From NCBI GenBank assembly GCA_018992685.1, contig JACVGT010000025.1, positions 1 to 64,000 of the forward strand: a DNA stretch of 64,000 nt, read 5' to 3'. The notes under the pieces were generated by a model. It searched no databases. It had not been told where the DNA came from and saw nothing but the letters and a program-made list of their open reading frames with translations. How positions within the stretch are numbered: the first letter of the stretch is position 1; each line of letters starts with the position of its first letter. The DNA is from Theionarchaea archaeon. Lineage in GTDB: Archaea > Methanobacteriota_B > Thermococci > Methanofastidiosales > SZ-28-30. Positions 49,214 through 59,462 of the stretch are shown piece by piece. A program made the position numbers and the translations under genes.

Positions 49214-50425
49214 ATGTTGTATGACTTTGACCGCCGCCTTGAAAGCATGAAAAAAAAGATAAGGGGGCTTGAGGAAAAAGAGAATGCTGAGATCATCTTG
49301 AAGTTTCTCAATCAGCTCTTTGCAGAAGGGTTGTCAAAGCCCAGGGTCTTGAAGTATGCCACTCATCTCAAAGTGATATCAGAGAAAATGGGCAAGAACT
49401 TCTCAGAGATAGAAAAGGATGATCTAATTTGGTATTTATCAGAGTTGGAACAATCTGACTATTCTGCTCAAACAAAAAGAGACTACAAGGTGGTTCTCAA
49501 ACGATTCTTTCCATACATTGGGAAAGGGGAGCTGGTATCGGATATAAAGACGACTTTAAGAGGAAATAAGAAGACACTGCCAGAGGAGCTACTAACAAAG
49601 AAGGATGTGGAAACATTGATTGAGGCTGCAAAACATCCTCGAGATAAGGCTCTCATCGGCATTCTGTATGAGGGAGGATTGAGGATAGGAGAACTGACAA
49701 GTCTCAAGATTAAGAATGTGCAATTTGATGAACATGGTGCTGTCTTAAAGGTTCGGGGTAAAACGGGGGAACGACGGGTAAGAGTTGTGTTGTTTGCTTC
49801 TTCACTGGCAAAATGGATGGAAATGCATCCTGAGGGCGACAACAAGGAAGCACCCCTCTGGGTTAATCTGTCGAATAATTACAGGAAAAAGGGAATAACA
49901 TATGAAGGGTTATACCAGAAGCTCAAGAGGATTGCCAAGAAGGCAGGGATAAAGAAGAAGTTGAATTTTCACAATTTCAGGCATTCCAGGGCCACCCACC
50001 TGGCTCAGCAATTGACAGAGGCCCAGATGAACGTGTACTTTGGGTGGGTCCAGGGAAGTGATATGCCAGCTACATATGTGCACTTGAGTGGGAGAGATGT
50101 TGATGACAGGATCCTAGAGATCCATGGAGTGAAACCCAAAGACAACGACAAGGATGACCAGTTAAAACCTCAGGTGTGCCCCCGGTGCAAGTACATCAAT
50201 TCACCTGTTAGCCGATATTGTGGAAGGTGTGGGACAGTCCTTGATGAGAAGGAACGATTGAGAATGGAGATGGAGAGCAGGGGATTAACGAAGGGCTTCC
50301 CAGATATAGGTGTTGAGGATGCTGGGGTATTGGAGGGGATGAAGAAGTTCAGAGATGTGCTGGAATTGCTTGAGAAGCATCCGGATCTGTTCAAGAAAAT
50401 GAGAACACTGCTGGAAGGGACGTGA
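49214..50425 (+). CDS. Tyrosine recombinase/integrase (archaeal type with C-terminal zinc ribbon)
   Basis: LYEGGLRIGE, RGKTGER, HNFRHSRAT, FGWVQGSDMPATYVHL, CPRC...CGRCG; TTTATAAA at 49185 supports the ATG at 49214. Confidence 0.93.
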   Translation: MLYDFDRRLESMKKKIRGLEEKENAEIILKFLNQLFAEGLSKPRVLKYATHLKVISEKMGKNFSEIEKDDLIWYLSELEQSDYSAQTKRDYKVVLKRFFPYIGKGELVSDIKTTLRGNKKTLPEELLTKKDVETLIEAAKHPRDKALIGILYEGGLRIGELTSLKIKNVQFDEHGAVLKVRGKTGERRVRVVLFASSLAKWMEMHPEGDNKEAPLWVNLSNNYRKKGITYEGLYQKLKRIAKKAGIKKKLNFHNFRHSRATHLAQQLTEAQMNVYFGWVQGSDMPATYVHLSGRDVDDRILEIHGVKPKDNDKDDQLKPQVCPRCKYINSPVSRYCGRCGTVLDEKERLRMEMESRGLTKGFPDIGVEDAGVLEGMKKFRDVLELLEKHPDLFKKMRTLLEGT

Positions 50426-50503
50426 TATAATTTGGGCTATTTCCCCCCATCTTTATTAGTGAGAGGAGAATCATAGAACTAGACCACATATCTTTCGTAT
50501 TGT

Positions 50504-52786
50504 ATGAGCAGCCTTTATATACTTAGATTTCAATCTCCAAATATGTTATATAGTGCCATACTCTTCGCGGTGTTTTTATTCTTCGTCTCTATATGCGTTA
50601 GATTGTTCATGAAGGTTAAAAAGTGGAAGTTGATTTTAATTGATATCATTTGTTTCGCAATAATCGCTTCTACTACTGCTTACTACATTTTCCCAAAAGA
50701 CACAAAGTCTGAGGATATCTACGTTTTCCTGAATGTATATTTCGATGACCGCGGGGAAAACGACTATGATGAGAATGGAAAGGTACAACAAGTTTTCCTT
50801 CTTTATCAAGAAGACCACACAAGGGTCCTGATGTATTGCTGTTGCGTTCATCACCCCCAAGACATCGATTTTCGGCTGCTTCTTGAATATTGGAATCCCT
50901 ATTCACTAAGCATGGATTTCCCGCAGAACGAAACTCTCAAATTTTTTATAATCCCTTTAGATAATTATAGTGACCGAGACCTTCTTTTTCGATCTGAAGA
51001 TGATCTAGAAAAGGAATTTCCTGATTTCCAGATGACCCGCGATCCTAATAAAGAAACGGGATATTTTAGTATGTCATCTGTTGAAGATAAGATCATGGAA
51101 AGAAATTTCTGGATTTGCTTTGATGTTGAGCCATTAGAATTTGGAACGCAGGCATATGTCCATGTCAAATTTAATAGTTGGTTGCCTGCTGACTTAATTT
51201 CACTGTGGGTCGATGAAAAACATGATATAGTTCTCAGTTTTCCTCCGGGAAAACCATCCACTGACCATGTGAACTTTGATGTCTATGGAAAATTTCAGGA
51301 ATGTACGATCAAAGTCAGAGAGACTAAACGATTCAATGAAGCTTGGTTCGTAGCAGTATTCGCAACTTTGATTACTATGACATCCTATTATCCCAGTATT
51401 AATAGAGAGAACGGCCAAACTGGAGAAATGCATGAAAGAGGACACCTAAATCCCGAAATATCCCCTTTCTTGATTTCTCTTATCTCTGCAATATTTGTGT
51501 TCATTATTTCTTCAAGAGATAATTTTGTCGATAATAGCGACAATACTCGATATATGCTTAGTGCTCTTGTGCAAAGCGAAGCAGCAATCATTGCTATTTT
51601 TGTGACGATAGGGCTCGTCGGGGTGCAACTGGCAGGAGTTTATTCTCCTGCATTAGCGAAAGCTTTCAGAACAAGCAATGGGCTCAAAGGACTCGTTTTT
51701 CTGTATATTTTTTCGATATCCTTAGGGCTTTATATTCTTGGAGCGCATGATTCAACTCCGGCAATCTACATCAGACTTTGTTTTTCTCTTGGAGTTTTCT
51801 GTTTTGTAGCTTTTGCTCTTTATGCATTTGACGCGATTGAAATGACCGAACCTACCCGATTCATCGAGAAACAGTGCCAAAAGATTAATGGATGTAATAT
51901 TTTCCAGAAAGATGATCCTATTCAATCCATTTTCGATATTATAGGAGCGCTGATACGGAAATATGATGAAAGAACGGCAATATACGGATTAGACAAAATG
52001 GGAGAAGGAATTGAACTTATGTTGAAAAATGAGAAGTTCGAGAAAAAGGAGGAAATCGAAGTCTCAAATAAGATCCGCTTTGCATTCAAGGATATCGGTA
52101 TATTGGCATTTCATCAAGGAAATGAGAATGTGGTACTCGAGGTTTTAGAACGTCTCGAGAGTATAGGCAATATAGCAATAGAAAATGATCTTGAAATAGT
52201 GGCTCGGAAATCTGCAGAATCTCTTGGGTCGATTGGAGAGACCATTGTCACCAAGCAGTTCTTAGAAGAGAGAATGGATGACAGCCTAGTAGCCTACAAT
52301 ATCCAGGAAACTGAGAAAATTGCTTTGTCTGCTTTGGAGAAGGGATACAAAGCAGCAACTGTTGCGACGAGAAAGCTTGGAATAATTGGAGAAATTGCTA
52401 TCAAGAGAGGATTTGGGAATGTAACACATGATATAATCGAGTCATTGGAAGAAATCACGAAGAGTGCTGGAAAAAGGAAAGGGAAGACAAATAAGAGTGG
52501 GATAGTGATATCAAATATTGAGCTGGATAGAACCATAGGAGGTGCAGTCGAATACATTAATAGTATTGCGAAGAATGCTGTTGAATTAAAATACGAGGAT
52601 ATAAGCGAGCACGCAATTCACTCTCTTGAGGCAGTAATTGACTGCGTTCTCATGATTGATCATAGCTACACAGCCAAACAAGTTAGAGAACAAATAGAGA
52701 AAACAAAGCACGCAGTACAAAAGGAGAAAAACAGAAGTTTATCATTAGACTTGGAAGAGATCCTTAGAAAGCTTGATTCTGCTTGA
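50504..52786 (+). CDS. Large membrane protein with a DUF2254-like TM domain and C-terminal helical repeats
   Basis: RYMLSALVQSEAAIIAIFVT.GLVGVQL...YSP; DPIQSIFDII; repeated L..IG..AI units. Confidence 0.75.
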   Translation: MSSLYILRFQSPNMLYSAILFAVFLFFVSICVRLFMKVKKWKLILIDIICFAIIASTTAYYIFPKDTKSEDIYVFLNVYFDDRGENDYDENGKVQQVFLLYQEDHTRVLMYCCCVHHPQDIDFRLLLEYWNPYSLSMDFPQNETLKFFIIPLDNYSDRDLLFRSEDDLEKEFPDFQMTRDPNKETGYFSMSSVEDKIMERNFWICFDVEPLEFGTQAYVHVKFNSWLPADLISLWVDEKHDIVLSFPPGKPSTDHVNFDVYGKFQECTIKVRETKRFNEAWFVAVFATLITMTSYYPSINRENGQTGEMHERGHLNPEISPFLISLISAIFVFIISSRDNFVDNSDNTRYMLSALVQSEAAIIAIFVTIGLVGVQLAGVYSPALAKAFRTSNGLKGLVFLYIFSISLGLYILGAHDSTPAIYIRLCFSLGVFCFVAFALYAFDAIEMTEPTRFIEKQCQKINGCNIFQKDDPIQSIFDIIGALIRKYDERTAIYGLDKMGEGIELMLKNEKFEKKEEIEVSNKIRFAFKDIGILAFHQGNENVVLEVLERLESIGNIAIENDLEIVARKSAESLGSIGETIVTKQFLEERMDDSLVAYNIQETEKIALSALEKGYKAATVATRKLGIIGEIAIKRGFGNVTHDIIESLEEITKSAGKRKGKTNKSGIVISNIELDRTIGGAVEYINSIAKNAVELKYEDISEHAIHSLEAVIDCVLMIDHSYTAKQVREQIEKTKHAVQKEKNRSLSLDLEEILRKLDSA

Positions 52787-52980
52787 GAAGTACTCAAGAC
52801 TGTCAGATTTCTATCAATCTATCGATAGAGAGTAGCTGAACAGAGACTACTCAACACGGGCTGATAGAGAAAAATGCCATGGAGCACTGGATCAATGTCC
52901 TTATTCTCTTAATTCTGCTACTCATGCTTTATGATCTCACATTCGAAAGTTGTGCTGACTCATCAAGACAAGAAAAACGG

Positions 52981-53013
52981 AAAAATAAAAAAGGTGGCAG
53001 CATATGCTGCCTG
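52981..53013 (-). terminator. Hairpin plus T-tract terminator (duplicated at 54988-55020)
   Basis: GGCAGCATATGCTGCC palindrome followed on the minus strand by a T-rich tract, just after the stop. Confidence 0.6.
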
Positions 53014-53018
53014 CAAAA

Positions 53019-53348
53019 TCACTGCTCAGGATCTGCCCCTAGTTCCATTATGGCCAGAGCCATACTCCTGACCACAATGTCACCGCTCATTGCGATCTTC
53101 TGGAGCCACTCCTTGTTCTCCTCGTCTGCCTCGTCAGTATCATCACTGCATTCCCACAAAGATTCATGAGCCCGGACATCCTTGACCAGACGCCTGTACA
53201 ACTGTGCTTCAGAGAGGATTTTCCTGAATTGTTTCACCAGCCAGATAAAGGTCTGATTCTTATTCCCTGTGCTGAAGTGGCTCATGATCTTGCGGAACTC
53301 CTTTTCCGTGTCTTTATCCACCACAAAACTGAGACGTTGTGTACGCAT
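53019..53348 (-). CDS. Small protein with ribbon-helix-helix-like N-terminus (intact copy)
   Basis: QRLSFVVDKDTEKEFRKIMSHF...NKNQTFIWLV strand-helix-helix pattern; acidic linker. Confidence 0.7.
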   Translation of the reverse strand: MRTQRLSFVVDKDTEKEFRKIMSHFSTGNKNQTFIWLVKQFRKILSEAQLYRRLVKDVRAHESLWECSDDTDEADEENKEWLQKIAMSGDIVVRSMALAIMELGADPEQ

Positions 53349-53523
53349 GGTATCCCATCCATAATTGAATATTGCAGCCATTGGTCTCACATGACGGCAC
53401 CGATGGAGTCAATGAGCATGTGCCAGAAGACACCGTTCTGGACGAAGATGGCAAACTGGACAATGAAGGGAGCATCAGGGTTTAAATTCAATTTCTCAGG
53501 ATTATTGCGTGATTGTCCTATTG

Positions 53524-53904
53524 TTATGATTCCCAAAATGGGCAATACTGCCTGCTGATTGGCTTTCTGTGCAGTTTTCGCTTGATTTGTATTTTATATT
53601 TTTTCTTTTCAGTCATTCTTTCTTTCATTTGTCCTAAGGATATTAGAATAATTATAACTCCACCTACTGCAAGCGAACAATAGAAAAAGTTTATATCTGA
53701 CCCTGGAAGAGGTTTCCTAAAAATGCCGTAATAAGAAACTGAAAAACCTGCATAAATTCCACATATACAAAGAAAGAAATAATACATATCCAGAACTATC
53801 TCGTTAATTGATATCAATTTTCCCTTTGTAAAGAGAATTATGAATTTGATAAACACCAATACTAAGAGAAGGATTATTAGAATCAATGTGGGATTATGAG
53901 GCAT
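53524..53904 (-). CDS. AT-rich three-TM membrane protein
   Basis: Three hydrophobic helices and a basic tail; overlaps the upstream ORF. Confidence 0.65.
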   Translation of the reverse strand: MPHNPTLILIILLLVLVFIKFIILFTKGKLISINEIVLDMYYFFLCICGIYAGFSVSYYGIFRKPLPGSDINFFYCSLAVGGVIIILISLGQMKERMTEKKKYKIQIKRKLHRKPISRQYCPFWES

Positions 53905-54325
53905 TTGATTGTTCCCTCCTTTCGATGATGTGGAAATTGGAATTATTAACCAGATTTGAATATCTGAGTAATATCTTCAAATTTTCTAGTAGGATATTAT
54001 CTACATACTCTAGTTCAAGCTGTATTCCCATCCCAAACTCATTATACCATTTTTTATACTCTAGAAAAGCTCCTTTGATCTTTTCACACGTTCTATCTAG
54101 ACTCTCTTCATCAAACCTTATCCTGGTTTGCTCATTCAAACAGTATTCGACATCCTTTATCAAATCTTCAATCAGAGGATACACTCTATTGATATGAGAT
54201 CCAATCTTCTGCCTCATTTCAATTTTTCTTTGATGCCTAAATCTGATCTCTTCAACGGAGATTTCGATTATCAGATTTCGTAGAGCTGATAATAGTACTT
54301 TTAAGACTTCGATTACAGCATTCAT
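53894..54325 (-). CDS. AT-rich helical hypothetical protein
   Basis: 143-aa ORF, ATGA-coupled to 54322-54573. Confidence 0.65.
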   Translation of the reverse strand: MNAVIEVLKVLLSALRNLIIEISVEEIRFRHQRKIEMRQKIGSHINRVYPLIEDLIKDVEYCLNEQTRIRFDEESLDRTCEKIKGAFLEYKKWYNEFGMGIQLELEYVDNILLENLKILLRYSNLVNNSNFHIIERREQSNAS

Positions 54326-54573
54326 TTCAGACCACCTAATGCCTTTCTCTCTATTAGGAAATTGAGAACGCGAGAATAATCTCTGGGGAGTTTCATTTTA
54401 GAATATCCTATGAGATGATAATCTATTGAAATTTCCCGAGTTTTGAAGGTTCTTGTCTTGCTTTCTATTAGAAATCTTATGATTGACAGTATATCCCCTT
54501 CATCATTATTATCGTCCTCCCTCTTCATCAAATATGTTCTCTTCAGAGGTTTTGCATTAAATCCCGGATCCAT
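54322..54573 (-). CDS. AT-rich small hypothetical protein, possible winged helix
   Basis: 83 aa; first gene of a coupled three-gene cassette; fold call tentative. Confidence 0.55.
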   Translation of the reverse strand: MDPGFNAKPLKRTYLMKREDDNNDEGDILSIIRFLIESKTRTFKTREISIDYHLIGYSKMKLPRDYSRVLNFLIERKALGGLK

Positions 54574-54987
54574 GAGTAGAAGTTGGTTCAGCTGCTTTTA
54601 AGCTTTTGCCGAAAGGATTATAGACTGTCAAAAATAGATATAAAAGCATATAATGGTATATAATTGCGTAGAGTGTTACATAACTAATTAGACAAATATG
54701 AGTAACATGAGTTTTTCCTAGTCCTGGTTCACTTCCACATTAATTGACATATAGCATTTTAAATTCCTTGAATGGGAAGAAGATTTAAGAATATGGCATA
54801 CAGAAACTCCATTGCTCCAGTACACGAACCTGAGAATTTAGTATTACTTCAATTGGTTATTCACCTTCCAAGTAATCCAAAAAATGGAACACCAAGCATT
54901 TTCATCATGAAATCGTGTTTATCAAGTTCGAATATTCGAGAATTTTATTGAACATACCATGTTCTCAAAAGAAGATATTCTAAATCA

Positions 54988-55522
54988 AAAAATAAAAAAG
55001 GTGGCAGCATATGCTGCCTGCAAAATCACTGCTCAGGATCTGCCCCTAGTTCCATTATGGCCAGAGCCATACTCCTGACCACAATGTCACCGCTCATTGC
55101 GATCTTCTGGAGCCACTCCTTGTTCTCCTCGTATCCTGGTCATCTGACTCTGCCTCTTCAGTGTCATCAGTGCATTCCCACAGAGCTTCATGGGCCTGGA
55201 CATCCTTGACCAGACGCCTGTACAACTGTGCTTCAGAGAGGATTCTCCTGAATTGTTTTACCAGCCAGATAAAGGTCTGATTCTTGTTTCCTGTGCTGAA
55301 GTGGCTCATGATCTTGCGGAACTCCTTTTCCGTGTCTTTGTCCACCACAAAACTGAGACGTTGTGTGCGCATGGTATCCCATCCATGAGTTGTATGTTGT
55401 AATCATTGGTCTCACATGACGGCACCGATGGAGTCAATGAGCATGTGCCAGAAGACACCGTTCTGGACGAAGATTGCGAACTGGACAATGAAAGGCGCAT
55501 CAGGGTTCAAGTTCAATTTCTC
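54988..55522 (+). repeat. ~520-bp direct repeat, copy B
   Basis: See copy A at 52981-53497. Confidence 0.93.
55026..55372 (-). pseudogene. RHH-like protein, copy B, frameshifted by 1 nt near 55132
   Basis: 347 nt versus 330 nt in copy A. The 17-nt insertion shifts the frame; one extra base restores DDEENKEWLQK...ADPEQ*. Confidence 0.75.
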
Positions 55523-55834
55523 GTAGACCACGGGGATAATGACGAAAGCAACGACAGCAGAGAGGATCACCTCAGGGATGCTGACGGCTGGGTTTAGAGT
55601 TCCAGATCTGAACTGCATGATGGCTGAACTGAGTAGGACACCCACAAAGGCTCCAAGATACATGAGGACCTGGCGCAGCACAGTGAGGTAAGGGAGATCA
55701 TCAAGTTCAGGTGCATCCAGTTCTTCAGTCTCCTGGTATGCAGCTGCCATGGTGCCATTATGCAGAGAGCCACCGTTGTTATTCTCCCATGCTTTTCTCA
55801 CCCGTTCATTGAGATCAAAGTACTGCTTCATCAT
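55412..55834 (-). CDS. Three-TM membrane protein
   Basis: Hydrophobic helices ending FIVQFAIFVQNGVFW; ATGA-coupled to the upstream gene. Confidence 0.8.
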   Translation of the reverse strand: MMKQYFDLNERVRKAWENNNGGSLHNGTMAAAYQETEELDAPELDDLPYLTVLRQVLMYLGAFVGVLLSSAIMQFRSGTLNPAVSIPEVILSAVVAFVIIPVVYEKLNLNPDAPFIVQFAIFVQNGVFWHMLIDSIGAVM

Positions 55835-56649
55835 AGAGATTCCTCCACAGTAATCTCTGACTCCTGAATTAAACCGTCCTCATTGAGATCCTTCCAGCGC
55901 AGTAACACCATTCGGCAGTCTTCATAGTCTTTCCAGGTATCAGGGTTGGCCACAAAGATGGATCCAGCTAGTGTCCCCTGCCACCCGTAGCCCCAGACCA
56001 TCAGGATGTTCCGCCCTCTGTATTCTCTTAAGTAGACAATGCAGATGTCTTCTGCAGGGTATTTCTCCAGATCCAGGTAGATGGACTTTGACTCAGCATT
56101 GATCTTGAAGGACTCGTTGATGTTGTACTCATAGGTTATTCTCAGTAGCTTTCCCAGTTCAACAGCCAATTCGTTTACTGCAGGTCCTCCCACAACAATG
56201 AGGTTCCCCGTGTCATGTTCCTCGTCAGTCAGCAGCATGTCAGTTCGACTTTCCGGGTTCTGCTGGCACCCACCCCAAGCCAATGCATACGAGATATTGG
56301 CTGCACCCAGGACATCGGGAGTTTCAGCCTTTTCTCCCACGATCAGGTAAGAATTCTTGCGGAAGAGTGTGGCCAGCGTGTGAAAGGTTTCTCTCAAGTG
56401 GTCAGTATTGTCAACATCGATAATGTCAGGTTCGTAATCAGTCTCAGGTTCATCCTCTTCAGCACTGTAGACTGCAGGTGCCGGAATAGGTGATTGCTGT
56501 AACTCAGAAAACAAGGTAGCAGGATCTACGGTCACCGTGATGTGACCAGGTACACCAGGATCTCCCACAGCTACCAACACAACAACTGAATTGACCCCGG
56601 ACATGACCACTACAAGAACCAGGACTAGAGAAATCATTCTGTCATCCAT
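55831..56649 (-). CDS. Secreted S-layer-like domain protein
   Basis: N-terminal signal/TM; DVLGAANI, NLIVVGGPAVNELA and VWGYGWQGTLAG resemble archaeal S-layer C-terminal domains; GGGGTGA SD. Confidence 0.75.
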   Translation of the reverse strand: MDDRMISLVLVLVVVMSGVNSVVVLVAVGDPGVPGHITVTVDPATLFSELQQSPIPAPAVYSAEEDEPETDYEPDIIDVDNTDHLRETFHTLATLFRKNSYLIVGEKAETPDVLGAANISYALAWGGCQQNPESRTDMLLTDEEHDTGNLIVVGGPAVNELAVELGKLLRITYEYNINESFKINAESKSIYLDLEKYPAEDICIVYLREYRGRNILMVWGYGWQGTLAGSIFVANPDTWKDYEDCRMVLLRWKDLNEDGLIQESEITVEESL

Positions 56650-56669
56650 GTACTATCACCCCAGAAGAA

Positions 56670-57326
56670 TTAAGGGACTAGCCCCGAATCGCGCACCAGT
56701 CCGGAGGCATCTCTGACAAGGCCTGAAGCATCTCGTACGAGACCAGAAGCCTGGCCTGCCAGTAGTATAACGTCTTCAGTCTCTGCGTAGGCTACCTGGT
56801 TCTCCAGTTGTCCCGCTCTCTTTTCGATCTCATCTGCTCTCTTGATTTGCGATTCAATTTTCTCTGTAGAATTACCTCTCACCAGTCCTGAGGCATTGCG
56901 TACCAGACTGGATGCATCCCTCACGAGACCGGAGGCATCTTTTACCAGACTGGATACGTCCTGTACCAATGCTGAGGGATCTGCAGTCTCTGCCAACGTA
57001 ATAACACGTCTCACATACCGTGAAAATTGGACAGTCCCTTTTGATAGATTCTGGACAGTCTCAGTCAATCTCCGGTAAGAACAAGCAGTCTCATCATCTG
57101 TGACCAGTCTGGATGAATCTCTCACGAGACCTGAGGCATCCCTCACTAATCCAGAGGCATCCCGAACCAATCCAGAGGCATTCCTTACAAGCCCAGATGC
57201 GGAAGGTCTTACCTTTCCGCAGTCCAGAGCGGCAGTACTTTCACGTACTGCTTCATCGAGCTCCAGGATAGCATTATCTGTATCCTGGACAGTCCTAATT
57301 TCAATTACGACTATATCCGTTCGCAT
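56670..57326 (-). CDS. DASGLVR-heptad repeat protein (218 aa), function unknown
   Basis: About 14 [D/N]ASGLVR-type units in three blocks with synonymously diverged codons; GGAAGGT SD. Confidence 0.85.
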   Translation of the reverse strand: MRTDIVVIEIRTVQDTDNAILELDEAVRESTAALDCGKVRPSASGLVRNASGLVRDASGLVRDASGLVRDSSRLVTDDETACSYRRLTETVQNLSKGTVQFSRYVRRVITLAETADPSALVQDVSSLVKDASGLVRDASSLVRNASGLVRGNSTEKIESQIKRADEIEKRAGQLENQVAYAETEDVILLAGQASGLVRDASGLVRDASGLVRDSGLVP

Positions 57327-57824
57327 TTTAATACCTTCCTTTTTTTTCTCAAAGGAAAGTCCTTCACCCTCTAGATTTTCGGAATGGTTATCGTTCCGTC
57401 AAAAAATATACCCTATATAAATGTTTCGGCCATTTAAAAGCTTTAAAACAGAAATGCAATCTGTCAGTGTAACGATTTCAGAATGATGACGGAAGAAGTG
57501 GACAGTATTCGATAAGAAAAATAGCAAGAATACCCACTTCTACAGAGATGGTAAGATTTGCTTCACTTTCGAGAATTTCTTGAATTTTTCGCAAAAGTAG
57601 AATTTTCTTCTTTTTCTGCAGGTTGCTCTGTCCAGAATTCCTGTGAAACAGCATCATCAAGTACTCTTGAAGTGATTTGAGTACCAATATCTTTATATGA
57701 AAAGAAGAAAACAATATACACCCGATTCAGAAGAGATTTAAAATGGAATTTTCCCCTATTTTCTTCTACATTATTGCCACATTTTTTAGAGTTGCACAAT
57801 CGTACAATTTCTATGGTTATTCAT

Positions 57825-59462
57825 CTAAAAAAAGTCGTTCAAACTCAATTGTTTCTCTTTATGTATTCTGAGGTCCCGCCTTGTAGGAATAGCTGATGGA
57901 ATACATAAGAAGTAAATCTCTCTTCTTCTTTTTGCATTTCCAGTGTATACTAACCAATTCATTAACGTTCTAGTATTTTCTGGAATTGAAGAATCACCAT
58001 ACACTCTCAGACCCGCTCGTTTTCTTTCTTCTTGAATCAGATGCTGTATTTTCTTAGGATTCAAACCTTTGTCCTCAGAGAGATTATCATAAATAGTTCT
58101 GTATAACTTCACCGTTTTCAGTGCCTGTTCATGAAAGATCTTTTTCTTTGTGAATTCATCGGAATCTGCGAATATGCTCCCCAAGTCGGTAATCCTCACA
58201 TAACTCATAAAAGGAGATTCTGTGAATCCTAACGTATCCGAACATTTCCGTTCATGGTGAATATTTTCTTTATGTAGAGTGTTCTTTAGAGTATCAATTG
58301 TCGTCAATCCCCCATGATAAGCTACTGCTTCAACAAATCTGACAATTGGGAGCGCGTCTGCATTAGGTACATAAGGCATCTTCGTTGGAGAGACACCTTC
58401 AGTTTCTTTAGGTTTCACTCTCAATCCAAAATCGAATGCTGTTTCTTTTTCAGCAAAATCTTTGTAAATATCCGGACCGATTCTTCTACTTCTGAATTTC
58501 AGGGGAAATCCATATCTTGACGTTCCTGTAGAATCATCCTTCTTCAGGACATTAATTTGAGAAAGTTTCTCAAGAGCGTCTTTTATCCATTCACTATTTA
58601 GATCATTTCCTGAAATTGTCAAAGGTTTCAAACTCCTTATTCTTTCCATTAGTTCTTCACGAGATAAATACAAGAATTCTTCTTTCCTATATTCTCCTCT
58701 TTCAACTAAGGACTCCAAACAGGGAATGATCATTTCCAGTATAAATTTCATTGTATATTCTACAGCTGGTGGTTTTTGTGAAACAAAATACGTTTTCTTA
58801 CCAAGTAGTAATATTCTCTCTGAATAAAAGTTTCGCTGTTGGCTAATAAGAGGACAAAGAATCTCACCCCTTACATGATTGATGTAAAGACCATCCTTGT
58901 TCCGTTTATCTTTAGTACAAAAATACCATAGGCTGAAATCATGAGGAGAATTTTTGAGAAAATCTAACTGCTGATAGTTTCTTTCTAGGAATTCAATTAC
59001 ACTGCCATAATCGTGTTCACTCACAATCAGCCAGACTTCGTGTCTATCGAATTCTTTCATTTCCTGGAAATATTTTTTCAAGTCACTTAGTCTATTTAGC
59101 ATATTTGCTTCGAAATCAGCAGAATTTCTGTTTGGTAATGACGACTTTATCTCTATGAGAATCCCCTTTCTTCTTGAACCGTATGCAAAAGTAAGATCCG
59201 GGGTTTTTGGATCTTCATCTTCATTCATAGGATTGATTTTAATACTTTCCCCTAAGAAAGAAATTTCATCATCCATAGAACTAAGTTTAGGTATTTCTTC
59301 TGCTAACATTTCTGAAATCATAACACAGTACTCATAATCTGTACATTTCTTTCTTATTTCATTTTCTCTTTTTTTTATTACTTTTTGTAACTCTCCCTCA
59401 TCAAGTTCATTTTCTCTTCCTTTTTGATCCTCATCATCATTTGTTTTCATTAAATCACTCAT
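57825..59462 (-). CDS. PD-(D/E)xK nuclease-like protein with probable C-terminal winged-helix region
   Basis: TPDLTF...ILIEIKSS motif; AT-rich; overlaps the upstream gene by 8 nt. Confidence 0.7.
   Translation of the reverse strand: MSDLMKTNDDEDQKGRENELDEGELQKVIKKRENEIRKKCTDYEYCVMISEMLAEEIPKLSSMDDEISFLGESIKINPMNEDEDPKTPDLTFAYGSRRKGILIEIKSSLPNRNSADFEANMLNRLSDLKKYFQEMKEFDRHEVWLIVSEHDYGSVIEFLERNYQQLDFLKNSPHDFSLWYFCTKDKRNKDGLYINHVRGEILCPLISQQRNFYSERILLLGKKTYFVSQKPPAVEYTMKFILEMIIPCLESLVERGEYRKEEFLYLSREELMERIRSLKPLTISGNDLNSEWIKDALEKLSQINVLKKDDSTGTSRYGFPLKFRSRRIGPDIYKDFAEKETAFDFGLRVKPKETEGVSPTKMPYVPNADALPIVRFVEAVAYHGGLTTIDTLKNTLHKENIHHERKCSDTLGFTESPFMSYVRITDLGSIFADSDEFTKKKIFHEQALKTVKLYRTIYDNLSEDKGLNPKKIQHLIQEERKRAGLRVYGDSSIPENTRTLMNWLVYTGNAKRRREIYFLCIPSAIPTRRDLRIHKEKQLSLNDFF

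Larger units (their letters stand above)
52981..53497 (+). repeat. ~520-bp direct repeat, copy A
   Basis: Aligns to 54988-55522. The left ~165 bp is identical; the rest has scattered substitutions and a 17-nt indel. Confidence 0.93.

Noticed and set aside
42850-55522. The two duplications as DGR template/variable repeat pairs
   Set aside because: Mismatches are not adenine-specific, the 158-bp copy is not at a gene 3' end, and there is no reverse transcriptase in the window.
56670-57200. 21-bp periodicity as a CRISPR array or DNA minisatellite
   Set aside because: There are no spacers, and the units differ at synonymous positions, so this is a protein-level repeat.
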